A stretch of 64,000 bases of DNA from Podarcis pityusensis. Taxonomy: Eukaryota. Below the pieces are notes generated by a model that saw only the letters and a list, made by a program, of their open reading frames with translations, was not told the DNA's origin and did not search any database. Below are positions 14,258-26,573 of the stretch, one piece after another. The translations under genes were made by a program, and so were the position numbers. Each line of letters opens with the position of its first letter. The stretch's first letter is position 1. The stretch is from assembly GCA_964106645.2 (NCBI GenBank), contig OZ067039.1; one strand, 5' to 3'.

Positions 14258-14644
14258 CTGAAAGACACAGAAACAACAGCAGTGTTACCATAAGAGCACA
14301 AAGGAATGCCTCATGAGACCCCCTAGCAAAACTGAACCACTTCCCCACCTCCTTCTCCCGGTTCTTCAGATTTGTTTCCTCACTGTGCTCAGACAACATT
14401 TCCAACTAGGCCGTGAGCTATTCCAAGGGTACCATTTTGAAAGAAGAGCAGACCACAGATATTACATCAAGGAGGCCAATGCATTTTAATAGATCGTTTG
14501 TTTTTTCAAGTCGTGTGGTACTTATGCCATTGTCTACACTGGAGGGCAAGAGTTTGGCGGGCTCAGTGCAACCCTAAGGCCTTGGGTTTACAAGGGCCTG
14601 TTGAAATACTGTTTCAGAAAGGAGAAAAGGCCAAGCAGACTCAC

Positions 14645-14743
14645 GCTTTGGTTGAACATATCTGTCTCGTGCCGCAACTGTGTATATTGACAAAGGTGCT
14701 GCCGAATCATCTCCACTCTCTCCACCTCTAGCCTCTCAAGCTC
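14645..14743 (-). CDS. GAS7: GAS7 coding exon (exon 13 equivalent): ELERLEVERVEMIRQHLCQYTQLRHETDMFNQS
   Basis: Matches the human GAS7 segment as recalled. Acceptor cctttcag, donor gtgagt. 99 bp. Confidence 0.97.
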
Positions 14744-15251
14744 CTGAAAGGAAACAATAAAAAATTTTCATTAAAAGATGGGGGATAAGGCAGTATACTT
14801 GAACATCAAATGAAAGGTGAGATTGCTTTATGTGAACCACCTAGAATTTCTTAGCGACTAAGAACTTCACTATTGTTCTCTAAAGAATCCATCTGAAACG
14901 AGAGCATGGATCAAACAAGAGCTGAAGCAGATGAGGGCTTTACCTGCTACCACAGCTCCTACTATGAATACCCAATCAATAGTCTCTGTAATGAGCCCTC
15001 TCAGAATGCAGGGGCCACTGTAATGATGCACAGACCAGAAAAACTGTTGCGTACACAATGTATGCTGAATTTGCCAAGATAGCTTTTTAAGGTTTAATTT
15101 TTTACTATGTTTGCTGGAAGCCGCCCAGAGCTGAACCTGAGAATGTTGTGGCAAAATCAGGCATGGGCTGAACTTTTGATAACGTTTACCAGACGGGCAC
15201 TTATCACTGAAGTTTTGCAAACATAACATGGAGAGACCCAACATGACATAC

Positions 15252-15331
15252 CAGAGAGGTGGTCACCATTTCTTCAAACCACTTTGACTGGGCTTGATTA
15301 TACAGATCCACACAGCGCATGAGGTCATCTC
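15252..15331 (-). CDS. GAS7: GAS7 coding exon (exon 12 equivalent): (G)DDLMRCVDLYNQAQSKWFEEMVTTSL
   Basis: Visible in ORF 15204..15386(-). Acceptor gttgcag, donor gtatgt. 80 bp. Confidence 0.97.
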
Positions 15332-16290
15332 CTGCAACACACAAAGCAAAGAACAGTGAGTAACTTTTCTTTGCGAGCCCACTCATCGCCCTAAAGGGTA
15401 CTTAGAAGTGAAAGTGCAGTTATCTACACGTTCCTACATGCAAGGTGTTAAGAACGAAGAGAATGTAGTGTAGCTAAATCAAACCCATTAGGAGAGAAGT
15501 GAGTGGTGATCTCTCCATCCTTATTAATAGGAGTGAAACACAGTTGTCAAACACATACTGCGGGCTCATCCAGCTGGACAGCATGCCTCACAATGGAGCA
15601 TGTTTGTAAGACAAACAGTGAGAAAGAAACCAGTCCAGTGATTTCCTACCTCCTAGGTGTGTCCTCCTCTCCCTTCAAGGAAATCTCCCCAAGTCTCCCT
15701 GGCCACAGAGGCCAAGAGTCATGAAAACATTCAGAAACTGTGCCATGGAACAAAGGGAAAAATATTGTTTCCCACTTTTTGAAATTTCAATTGGACTGAG
15801 AAACAAAAGTACAGTTCAGTGAGGAAACAAAATGGAGTTTTTGCCCCAAGCCTTGGATATTTATTTGCTATGTCAAATGGGCAATCCATGCTTGTTTTAT
15901 GGCTTCCCTTTGTTAAACTCTCTTTACTGGCCAGGAGTAGCTGTCAGGGAGCACCATATAGCTGATTTCCTCGCAGCAGAATTGCTGCCATGTACCAGAA
16001 TGGTGCGGAGGTGCAGCAGGGCAGCAGTGATGTCATATGAGCAGAGCCAATCAAGCGCCCCTGCCTAGCCCTCACTGCTACCCTCATGTTGCAGCATGCT
16101 GGCAAGCAGCAGGAAAAGCTGCTCCTCTTATCAGTTTCAGTATGGATCATTCTAATGCTGCTACTACCTGAGACCCCAAATATTGTTTTCAAGTAGAACA
16201 AATGCAGAAGAAGACCCAGGCTAATGCTGTTTTTAAATCATATGATTTTTAAAGCAAGGTTTTTGAGTCAAGTAGTAGTGAATATCTCTC

Positions 16291-16305
16291 CTGCCATCTA
16301 GTGTA
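16291..16305 (-). promoter_or_regulatory. Candidate CTCF motif (ACACTAGATGGCAG on minus strand)
   Basis: Close match by eye to the CTCF core CCASYAGRKGGCRS. No occupancy data. Confidence 0.3.
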
Positions 16306-16342
16306 CAAATCAGAGAGTATGTATTTTATAAAATGCAAATTA

Positions 16343-16601
16343 CTGTATTTTTTGCTCTATCAGACTCACTTGTTCCCTCCTAAAAAGTAAGGGGAAATGT
16401 GTGTGCGTCTTATGGAGTGAATGCAGGCTGCGCAGCTATCCCAGAAGCCAGAACAGCAAGTGGGATCGCTGCTTTCACTGCGCAGCAATCCCTCTTGTTG
16501 TTCTGGCTTCTGAGATTCAGAATATTTTTTTTCTTGTTTTCCTCCTCCAAAAACTAGCTGCGTCTTATGGTCTGGTGCATCTTATAGAGCGAAAAATATG
16601 G
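16343..16601. mobile_element. Non-autonomous Tc2/pogo-like MITE, short variant with internal hairpin
   Basis: TA|CTGTATTTTT ... AAAAATATGG|TA. Subterminal sequence similar to 23850-24446. Internal 35-bp inverted repeat at 16438-16516. Confidence 0.8.
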
Positions 16602-17040
16602 TACATGGAATCACGAAGTGTTGAATGTAGAGAGCACCTCCAGAGCTACTTTCTGCTAGTCAAATATTTAACATAAATACAAGGAAACAGAGAGGAAATG
16701 GACAAATATAATCACAGAAAGTCACATCACCGAACTAACCAGCTTCAAGGAGTGTTGACAATTTGATATACTAAACTCCTATCTGACTCTTCCAGCATTA
16801 CAAAGACCTGCATAATTGGTCACTTTTCCTTAATTGCTCTACATACTTTTCCTCCTCTCGTCTTTCAGATGTATGTAACAGTGGTCCTTTGTGGGGGGAA
16901 AGAAGCTAAATCCTGGAACTTATCAATAGCACCTAAACCTTGGGATGTCTGTAGCAAATATTTGCAATCTAACCAGAAGGAAGGAACTGTTATGAATTCA
17001 GTCCTGATCAACACCAAATGTTAAGATTCAGGGAGTTAGT

Positions 17041-17175
17041 CAGCCTTCCTCAACCTGGTGTCCATCAGATGCTGTTGGAACACAACTGTTATCATCATTG
17101 GCTATTAGCCATGCTGGCCAGGACTGATGGAAGTTGTAGTCCAACAACATCTGGAGGGCATCACATTGGGGAAGT
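17041..17175. mobile_element. hAT-like palindromic MITE (degenerate)
   Basis: cagccttcctcaacctgg...gatggaagttgtagtccaacaacatctggagggca, same family as 49159-49294. Confidence 0.65.
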
Positions 17176-17338
17176 GGAGTGAGCCAGTCAGCATTTGTGC
17201 TCTCTTTATCCTCTCACAAAACAGTGCTTCCCGAACTTAAGTTTTCTCCTTAGCTAAACAGCAGGGACTCTGTTCCATCTAACTTTCTTTTTTACACCAC
17301 TGTTCCCTGTCTTCTTAACACACGTTATCCTCACTCAC

Positions 17339-17462
17339 CAGCTTGGGTGGACTTCCGCCTAGCCTTCTTAATTTCCTCTTCTGTCTTGTTGCTGAGTTTT
17401 ATCTCCAACTGCTGTGTTTTCATCTCTAAATCCTTTTGCCTCTCCGATAATGCTTTTCGGGC
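17339..17462 (-). CDS. GAS7: GAS7 coding exon (exon 11 equivalent): ARKALSERQKDLEMKTQQLEIKLSNKTEEEIKKARRKSTQA(G)
   Basis: Coiled-coil F-BAR tip. Acceptor ttgtttcaag, donor gtgagt. 124 bp, phase 0 to phase 1. Confidence 0.96.
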
Positions 17463-17989
17463 CTTGAAACAAAAAGAAATGACCATGAAATCCTCCTCAG
17501 CAGAAAAACAATACCCATTTGCCTCCTCTTTTTCATATCCCTCCCCCCCTTTCAGAATTAATCACTGCAATATGGAACATATGCCCTTGTTGGAGGCCAT
17601 GAACCTGGAACATGAACCACGAGACACAGAGATTCTTCCTCTTCTGTGTGATAGTTTTAGCACCACAGAGAAGATTAAAGGTGCTCTTCAGAGTACTTCT
17701 TCAGATGTAGCAACTATTAAATCATTAGGAATGCTGGAGCAAACAACCTTTAATAATATCAACACTATGTTTGTCTGAGAAGTCAGCTACTTTGGCTTAA
17801 TATAGGGCACACTAAAAAGTTGAAGCATGAACTACATGCACTTGTTTCTTCAAACCGAAATAGATTTGGCAGGGGAAGAAACATAAGCTATCGTCGTCTG
17901 TTTCTGAAGGTGGCATTGCCAAGTTATCCCTAACCTTCAGGCAGCCCACTGACCCCCTCAAATGAACTCATCTGACTGCTTTGGCTTAC

Positions 17990-18118
17990 CTTTTCCACGG
18001 ATGCATACCGGCTAACCAGCTGCTTCCTCAGATCAGCAATGTGATGGTCATACTTCTTCATGTCTTTCTTGAAGTTTTCTCGGAAGTTGAGAAGGGGTTT
18101 CTCCACCTCTGCCTGGAG
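17990..18118 (-). CDS. GAS7: GAS7 coding exon (exon 10 equivalent): LQAEVEKPLLNFRENFKKDMKKYDHHIADLRKQLVSRYASVEK
   Basis: Visible in ORF 17930..18127(-). Acceptor tgtttcag, donor gtaagc. 129 bp. Confidence 0.97.
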
Positions 18119-19570
18119 CTGAAACAAAGGGCAAGGGAAATTTGGTTGAGGAAGGACTAATGGCTGATAATTGATACACCTCTATTCTGGCCATAATTTT
18201 TTCAAGGTGTATGGCATAGGAAATTTCCAGTTTGCGTAGTGTGGGTGACACACTCTATTTTTATTTATTTGTTTGTTTATTCATTCAAGTTAAATCCCAC
18301 CCATCCTTCTGAAGGAGTCCATGCTGGCAAATACATCCATAATGGAGCAATTGAGAAAAAAAGTAACCCCCCCCCCCAATTACAATTAAAAATATTTTCT
18401 CATTCACAGCATCTGGTGATTCCAGGATGCCAGGAGCACTATACTTCAAACATCAATTGGAATAGTAACAGCACCGGGGGAGAAAGTATTTTTAGCCCTG
18501 TCTCCAAGTTCTGTATTCCTGATTGAAATCTCCTCCTTGAAACTGCTATTATCCCCCCTCAGAGAAAAAGACAGATGCTTGTAACAGTATTGTATTTCCC
18601 CCAACAGGACTAGCAAGTGCAGGCGGGGTGTTGGTGGGGAATGGGTGTTCAAAAAATAAGGTGTTAAACAGCCTTTCCCCTCAGCAACGGTGTGCCAGTC
18701 AAAATGCTGCATATCCCAATTTAACAGAGAGAAAAGAGCTGGGAGATCTGGCCATGGATTTCCCGGTCACATCTGTTTTGGCTCTCAAACACAACGACAT
18801 CAGTACTGTCTGCAAAGCAGACCTATTCTGTCTCAACCAACTGCAGGAACGAAAAAGGCAACCAGGGGAAGGACATTTCCACCCCAAGTCATGACTTAGA
18901 TGCATGTGTACTACATAACCAGCCAAACACTGACTCAGTGTATATTTCAACATGTCTGCAACAATTGAAACCATGAAGCAGGCAAAATTTGTCTGCTGTC
19001 TAATCTCTTAACAACTTGATCACGAGAAGGGCAGTTATTCAGCTGAATCAATAGTCTTGGGACTGCTGAGGATTCCTTCCAGGCACAGACTGATGAAAAA
19101 AGGTCACTTGAACTAATAGTTTTCTTTCTAAAGAAGTGCTGTGATAGCATTGAAGGTAGTTAATTTCTACCCATCCCAGATTTTCAAACTGAATACCGCC
19201 CCAGCACACATATTATGCAGTAATCACACAACCCATAAACTAAACTCCACCCACATTAACTGAGCTTGCAGCCTTGAGCATTGTGATTCCAAGGAAACTG
19301 GCACATTTATCAGATGAAAATGGAAAAAAGTTATCTGCAGAACTTGTCTCTATCAGAGGATATGCACCCATTAAGTGATAATTCCACAATGTGCTAACCT
19401 ATTTTTCTGCTTATTTCTAAGCTGCTAACCTTTGAATAAGGCTGTTTATAATTTTTAATCGGAAGTGCAATTCAACGATAAAAGCTTTCAAATTTCACTA
19501 TTTTAATGCTTTAATCTCTCTCATGGACTTGACTCATAGTACTTGAAAAAGATCAACTTTGGCTGGTTCA

Positions 19571-19987
19571 AGGATGGTATTTGCCCAGATATGGAAAGAG
19601 GATGGGGTTCCAACTAAGGAAGAGTGGTTGACGAAACTGATGGATTACGCCAAAATGGCAAAATTAACAGGTGTGCTAAGAAACCAAGAGAATTTTTTTA
19701 TTATTATTAAGGAGTGGGGAATATTTGTGGAATATTTGAAAAACCATGGTATGCAACTATGTATGTTGGTAGGCTTAACTTAAAACAAAAAGTTAAAAGG
19801 ATGATTAAGATTAATTGTAGAACAATTTGAAATGGAGTAAAGTGGAAAATGCAGTGTTAAAAATTTAAATAAGAAACCACAAAAGGGGGGGAGGGAAGTC
19901 TGACATGTATTTGTATTGGAAGTACAAGACTGTAAGATGTGTATCTGTAAACTTTTGAAAACGGAAAATATTTAATAATAATAATAA
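19571..19987 (+). mobile_element. L1/Tx1-clade LINE 3' fragment with intact target-site duplication
   Basis: Peptide RMVFAQIWKEDGVPTKEEWLTKLMDYAKMAKLT is typical of the L1 ORF2 C-terminus. (AAT)n tail. Perfect 16-bp TSD AACTTTGGCTGGTTCA at 19555-19570 and 19988-20003. Confidence 0.88.
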
Positions 19988-20045
19988 AACTTTGGCTGGT
20001 TCATGCCTAAAGTTTGCATATGGTGCTTTCTTAGGAATCAATGAA

Positions 20046-20200
20046 GGGACCACAGATCAATGGCAGAGGACATGCTTTGAGTGCAGAAGGTTCAAAGTTC
20101 AAACCTAGGCATCCCCACTTAAAAAAAGGATTGCAGAACAGATTATGTAAGAGACCACTGCCAGCCAGAGTAAACAACAGTCTGTCCTGATGGAAGGCAG
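20046..20200 (+). mobile_element. Old tRNA-derived SINE fragment
   Basis: A-box-like cagatcaatggcagag and B-box-like aagttcaaacct. A related minus-strand copy lies at about 40445-40575. Confidence 0.45.
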
Positions 20201-20427
20201 CTTCCTATCAACCAGCATTAGAGGGCCACAACAGTCATTTGCTTAAATAGCTTCTGATTTTGGGAAAAAGCAACTCACTGGGATCCTTCTGTTCCTCAGA
20301 CATCTTATCCAGTTTACCCATGAAAATCCCGCAAATGCAGCTTTTATGTAAAACTGCACCCCAGTTTTCAGAAAACATGTTCTGCTGGTCTCAACCCCAC
20401 ACAGAAGATTCCTTATGAAGTGATTAC

Positions 20428-20506
20428 CTTGGAGGAAAACTTGAGGTGAACCTCTGCTTCATCAGCCAGGCTTTTCTTCAGCTGAGACCAAGACTCTCCA
20501 AGCGTC
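20428..20506 (-). CDS. GAS7: GAS7 coding exon (exon 9 equivalent), F-BAR: TLGESWSQLKKSLADEAEVHLKFSSK
   Basis: Matches the GAS7 F-BAR helix. Acceptor tgtttcag, donor gtaatc. 79 bp. Confidence 0.97.
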
Positions 20507-22866
20507 CTGAAACATATGTGACGGGTAAGAAATTTACTCATTCATTAGCATCCAATTCTCATCATTACAAACGTACGTTTCTGTTAGCAGTAGCATTCCA
20601 AATACTACACATAATGGGAATAGAAGCATTTCAGAGTGCTGAACTCAAAAGACAAAAAATGTAAATTATCTTACATAATTTTTCTCTCTAGACTCATGTT
20701 CAGATTCACATTCGGGGGAAGGAAGATGAGCATAATTATTTTCAGCAAAATCTCATCCCATTTCCCCCATCCACCCCCTGGAATAAATTACGCTCACAAT
20801 CCCTTAGTGCTGTTTAGGCTCATAATTACCATTCATTTGAGACAAACTAGCAACTTTCATACCTGTGCTCTTACTTGTAGTTATAATAATTCAGCAGAGG
20901 TAACTAATGACTTCTTCAGCTACTGATTCGAGTGTGTAATTTGATACTTTTTAAATACCAAAAGGGATAGCTTAACCATAAATTGAAGCATAATATGTAG
21001 AGTAGACATAAAATGTTGATTAGATCCAGAGTGTCTCCCATCAGACTCCAATTACATTTAGGAAGGTTTTACCTAATGAGGAGCCGTTTGGATGAGTTGT
21101 TTGTTTGTTTGTTTGTTTGTTAAGCCTCAAAATGTCAAACAATTGAAATGAGCCCATGACAACACAGAGAATTGAATTAATTTTCTCAGGTGACAGAAAA
21201 TAAACAATGTGATTTCTTTTAATAGCCTTTTCAAACATGTATTCCAAACTCTTAGTAGCTCCTCCAAGCAAAGTGTCCAATAACTTGTGAGAATTAGTCT
21301 ACTGGAGGGTATAATAACATAAGGTAACATTAGGTAATGAGCTGGAAGTTTACACGAGTTTCATCATTGAAAAAGACAGGATATAAATGTAATGAATACC
21401 AGGTGACAAAGAAAGTTAATCTGCCTTGCTACATGTCCCCCCCCCCCCCATATCACAAAATTTAAAAAGTTCCATAGCCACTGAAACAGAAGAAACGTAC
21501 AGCGTAAGTAAATGATACTGGACAGTTTGCTAGTGTCTGAAAGCCATCTTAATACTATAGACGGACATGCTGAAATCCAAAGTTTTTGTACAAGACAGGA
21601 ATTATTTTGCCTACATCTCTTTTGGAACCAGGAATTGAATGCATCCAAGCAGAAACCCAATTCACTATTTGGTATGCAGGCATGCCCCATTAAAATTCCT
21701 CTTGTCCTCCAGAGTAGAAAACGAATAAACTGTGAATTCCTGCAGTCAATATACTCTCCTCCAGGAGGACACAAACATTAAAAGGAACAAGGAATTTGTT
21801 AAGGGAGCAAACTAAGTTATCAGATGTTTGCGATTCAATTATACTCTGTGGCAAGAAACATCAAAGGGTCTGTAGAGACTCCTTAGAGGAACAAATTTAT
21901 TTAAAGGCTAACATTTATTTTGGGATATATTTTTGTACGCTAGAGTCCACCTCGTCAGATGCCACGGCGAATCTAGAATAGATGGAACTGCAAAGACTTA
22001 TAATAAAATACAAATCACATTTCTGAGTTGGAAAGGACATAAAACGTGGTCAAATCCCCATCGCAAGAAAAATCAAATGTATCAAAAGGCTACATTATAT
22101 ATGCTCATTGACCGCATTTGCAAATAACCGTAAGTCACGGTTAAAGGCTTATTTGGACTGAACAGTGTGCTAGAGCACATTGCCCAATCGCTTCCGCTCC
22201 AACTTGTCCCCTAGTGGGAGAAACAAGCCATGAAGCCTGAACCTGAGATGTGGTTTGTTTCACTCTAACAAACCATGACTACTCATCGACATAAAGCCAT
22301 TGTTTGTTGTTGGCTTGTTGATCTGGTTTATTAAAGAGAAACAAAACAGAATCCCAGTTTGGACCTAACAAGAAGCCAATGATTCATGGCTGGTTGTTCC
22401 CACTGGTGAGGCACAAAGCAGGAGTAATCAGGCAGTGTGCACTGCTCTGTCTCAATAAACCATTAACTATGGCTTACTGCTACTTGACAGCTGGCCTGCT
22501 ATACAGTTGTGCTGGATTGAAACTTCCACGGAAAGAGAAGAGGTATATTTCTCTAGGATCCTTACTTTCTCTTCTAACTTCCAAACACTTAACACATTAC
22601 TGAAGTATCAATACACTTTTTTTCTTTTCATTTTTTCAATGGATAGGTGAGCAACTGATCCTTTTCTTCCCCATCAGAGTACAAATTACAACCTTTCATT
22701 CTTGTGCTGATTTCCAAAGAAAGAAACCACACAGGATGGACCCAGGGTCCAATGTCGATCCCAGACAGAAAGCAAGAAAGAGCGGAGAAATTATTTAAGT
22801 AAAGGCACAGGTTTTATAGCTACATGGGATTTCATCCCTCTCACAATGGAAAGAATATGACCTTAC

Positions 22867-22941
22867 CCTTCTTCCTGGGCAGCCAATGAGTTTTGTGATA
22901 GTTTGGACAAGTTCTTGGCATATTCTTCCTCAATCTTTATC
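22867..22941 (-). CDS. GAS7: GAS7 coding exon (exon 8 equivalent), F-BAR: IKIEEEYAKNLSKLSQNSLAAQEE(G)
   Basis: FCH motif R..IE..YAK.L.KL. Acceptor ttctccag, donor gtaagg. 75 bp. Confidence 0.97.
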
Positions 22942-23165
22942 CTGGAGAACGGAAGAACACCAGCAGAAATATATTATTTAGAAGAACAGTATCTCACATT
23001 ACAATAGATGTTTTCACACATTGTATAACTCAACTTGCAAAACCCAACAAGCTGAGTAATCATTATTGAAAATCCTCACCAAGGTAATACAGGTCAATTC
23101 TTGTGTCTTCAACCCTAACCCCATATATCTATGGATGGAATCTATATGATGGAAAGAATAGGTTG

Positions 23166-23767
23166 TGTGTAACAGGACAAAGCAGCTCCACCTCCCTGGT
23201 ATGTGGAACCAGGTTGGGCAGCTCTTTCTGACTTGTCAAAACAGCTGAATCTAGTCCAGCTCTTACCAGAAGCCAAAGCAAGATTTCAGTTTTCTTTAAG
23301 TCAAAAAATGTATTTATGATGCAAGAGGATCCACCTGCAAGAGGATCTTTCTCTGCTACTCCTCATAGTGAGATATTCCATTGCTCTAAATAGCCCCATC
23401 AATACAAACAGGCTGATAAATAAGGTGTGATGAACAAGTAGCCCTTTGACAATCTGCTTGGTCTTCCTCAGGGTCTGAATCTTCCCCTTCCAGGTCTCCT
23501 ACCCTTCCCTTGGCATCAGACACTTCTTGAGACCCCAATTCCACCCTACTGGGATCATTCACAGACTCCTCTAGCTCCAAATCCTCAGGCTCCCCCCACT
23601 CTTCCTCCTGGCCATACCATCCCCTCCATGAAATTTCCATAGGCAAAGGCACCCCTTGCAAGAAACTCTGTTGTGCATCCAAACTCAGTGCTAAGTAGGA
23701 CTGAACCCCTCATACATTGGATTATATGTGGGGAACTCAGTCCAGCTTGGTCTGGATGTGTGAGACA
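23166..23767 (-). mobile_element. Possible degenerate solo LTR (Gypsy-like, purine-rich)
   Basis: TG...ACA-like ends, minus-strand purine-rich tract translating to acidic W/E/D-rich junk, internal AATAAA-like signal. No clear TSD. Confidence 0.35.
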
Positions 23768-23849
23768 ACTCCTCCCTGAAGGAAGCTCTCTAGTGCACCC
23801 AGTGCTTTTTTCACTTTTTCACAACATTTGAAAAAGAAAGATGCCAATA

Positions 23850-24446
23850 CCGTATTTTTTGCCCCACAGGATGCACTTTTTCCCCTCCAAAAATGAAGGG
23901 GAAATGTGTGTGCATCCTATGGGGCGAATGCAGGCTTTCGCTGAAGCCTGGAGAGCTAGCGGCATTGGTGCACACCGACCCCTCTCGCTCTCCAGACTTC
24001 AGGAAGCTATCCGCAAGCCTTGTGAGCCCGCGGGAGTTCCTGCGGGCTCACAAGGCTTGCGGGCAGCAGCCTGCAGCCCGAAGCACGAGGCACCCTCCGG
24101 AGGGCGCCCCGTGCTTCGGGCGGGTGTCCGCAAGCCTTGCGCGCCGGCGGGAGGTCCCGCTGGGCGCGCGAGGCTTGGGGCGGCAACCTGCCGCCCGAAG
24201 CACGGGGAGCCCTCCGAAGGGCGCCCCGTGCTTCAGGCGGGTGTGCGCAAGCGTTGCGCGCCCGGCGGGAGGTCCTGCCGGGCACGCGAGGCTTGGGGCG
24301 GCAGCCTGCCCTTCGGGCAGGTGTGCGCAAGGCTTGGGGCAGCAGCTGCGGCGGGGGGGGGAAATAATTTTTTTTTATTCATTCCCCCCCCCAAAAAACG
24401 AGGTGCGTCCTATGGGCCGGTGCGCCCTATAGGACGAAAAATACGG
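23850..24446. mobile_element. Non-autonomous Tc2/pogo-like (Tc1-mariner superfamily) DNA transposon with internal 117-bp GC-rich tandem repeat
   Basis: TA|CCGTATTTTT ... AAAAATACGG|TA termini with TA TSD. Repeat units start at 24011, 24128 and 24245. Ends are shared with the copy at 16343-16601. Confidence 0.85.
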
Positions 24447-26573
24447 TACTCTGTACCCTTGAGTACCTACAGAAAAAAAGCACCGAGTGCATCCAAGGTT
24501 TCTCAGTTTGGCTGCTCTTTGAAGTGCCAAAGTCAGGGCTTCAAAGCACCTCACAAACAGCAAGGAACTGTTAAAAGGAAGGCTTTTTTTCCTGATTCCA
24601 GGACTTCAAAGCAGCAAAACACTTGATGTCATTTGTTACATTACGTGACTGACAGGTGGGCAACCCCATCCACCTTTCAAGGCAGATGCTGATGCAGCTT
24701 TGGTCTGTGGAGCCACCTCTGCACTATACTAAAATCGTATCTATTTGAAATACATTCACACACCCCTCAAAAAAAACCCCAACACTGTGGGGAGCAGTGA
24801 ATAGTCTCCCAAGCAGGGGGTCAAATACACCCATAGAAAAGACAAAAAGACAGGTGCATAAACTGCTATTGTGTGTGGTTTTTTTTTTTAAAAAAAAACA
24901 ACAAACAACAACCAATCCAAACCAAACCAAACATCTCAGTGTCAAGCAAAAACAGAGTTGTACTATTTGATAAAAACTGCGGGGTGGGGGTTAGTGAGAA
25001 CGATATTGATCTATGTAAACTCCTGTTTCTTTTGTAAAGCTGTGAATGGCCTCTGCTCTCCCATTTCCATGGAAGATATGCAATATGGCTATGTAATGTA
25101 TTTATGGACACATATTTATATATTTGCCATTTTGTGCCAAAGGTTACTTTCTGTGCTCAAGAGCTGTGTGGATTTGTTGATGATCTATACTCTGTCAAAA
25201 GGATTCCCACTTATCCTTATGCTTAAGATTTTCCACTGGCACAAGATAATGTTTTCCTACCAATTCACCACTGTCCAATTGAAATGGGTAATGGTAGTGG
25301 CGCCTTCATTGTCCTCTGACCAGGCAAAGTCCACTCTTGGAACACAGTGTTCCAGTTCTCCATTGCAAGCCATAGAGAAGTAAATCTCCATCCTATTATT
25401 ATTATTTGGAAAGCTATTTATAACAGTGCTCTTTTTCTTCTAAGAGTAGTTATAAATAATGAGCAGCTATAAATAATAACTGTTTATCTTTCTCTCTCGC
25501 GCCTTCTCCTTTCACGTCCTGCATATATTTTGAGTTATTTAAACTATGTTCTAGCAGAGCAGAGGCAGACCGGATGGGGTGAGGAAAGATCCCCACCCCC
25601 CGGATGTGCTAAAGTCACAGAAGATCGTGAAGTAGAGAGAACTCAAGAGGATTTGTACTTCTATGATTCCTAAGTCTCTACAGTGAAGATTAAAATGAAC
25701 CCTTAGTAAATACAGGGACTGTACTAATATCAAACAATATGAAAAAATTAAATGCCTTGCTAGGTTGCAACCAGAATTTCTTAAATCCAACAACCCAGCT
25801 TTATGATTTCTGGAGACACAGGGATGAAAATAGAGATCCTGTGAGTATTTTTTGTTTGTTTGTTTACAGGACAATCCTGCAGAAAAATACTAGGGGAGGT
25901 CATTTTTGCTCATCCCCCCTTCCCAATACAGCCCTTGTGAACTCTGAAAATCCACTCTAGAGGGTAGGTGGACCTTCTGGAATAGCATGAAAGGGCACCC
26001 AGATGTGTGTATATAGGGATATTTATTTATTTTTTTAAAAAATCACCTCCCCACCTTCTGTCAGCCAAAGACTTCACTGGATCTAAGGTCCTTCTCTGAA
26101 GTCCTTCCATTTAAGAAGAGCAACTCCAGGCATATAGACAAATGTTATAAAGAGCAGCTCTGGGCATATAGATGTTGCTCCTCCATTCATGTATGATAAG
26201 GGACTTCTACTGTCTCCCTATTCCATTTGCAACATTTCCCACACCATTTCCAATCACCAGGAGCAGGTTTTTGATAGGTACAGGCTGCAGAAGATGTAAA
26301 AGTCCCATTCCATGAGTGTGAATTCTGTTCCTTACACAGAAGGAAAGATAGGATCCAAGCTATAGAACTGTATAGCTGGGAAACTGGATCAGACACATCA
26401 ACTGACCCTTCTGGAATTAGTTGCCAGCTGAAATTAGGCACCTACTTGATGTCTGGGTGGCTATTACTGCCTTCTTATTTAAGAAGAATTTCCTTGAAGT
26501 GTGACCCAGTCATTTACTGGAAAATTTACTGGAATATTGACTAAACAATTTTTTTAAATGGCTTCATTGTTTG

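Noticed and set aside
17655-17676. REST/RE1-like site (tttagcaccacagagaag)
   Set aside because: Only the left half-site matches. The right half GGACAG..CC is poor.
17347-17778. 143-aa plus-strand ORF
   Set aside because: Antisense shadow of GAS7 exon 11 running into intron. No independent gene features.
23386-23682. Acidic 98-aa ORF as a cryptic GAS7 exon
   Set aside because: GAS7 exons 7 and 8 join in frame without it and it has no convincing splice sites. It looks like purine-rich LTR-type sequence.
24011-24350. Palindromic repeat array superficially like a CRISPR or attC cassette array
   Set aside because: There are no unique spacers and no cas or integrase genes. The context is a vertebrate intron, and the units are simple tandem copies within a transposon.
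23841-24626. 261-aa ORF and overlapping 179/107-aa ORFs with repeated peptide blocks
   Set aside because: They arise from a stop-poor GC-rich 117-bp (39-codon) tandem repeat inside a TIR-bounded MITE. Several frames on both strands are open and no protein family is recognisable.
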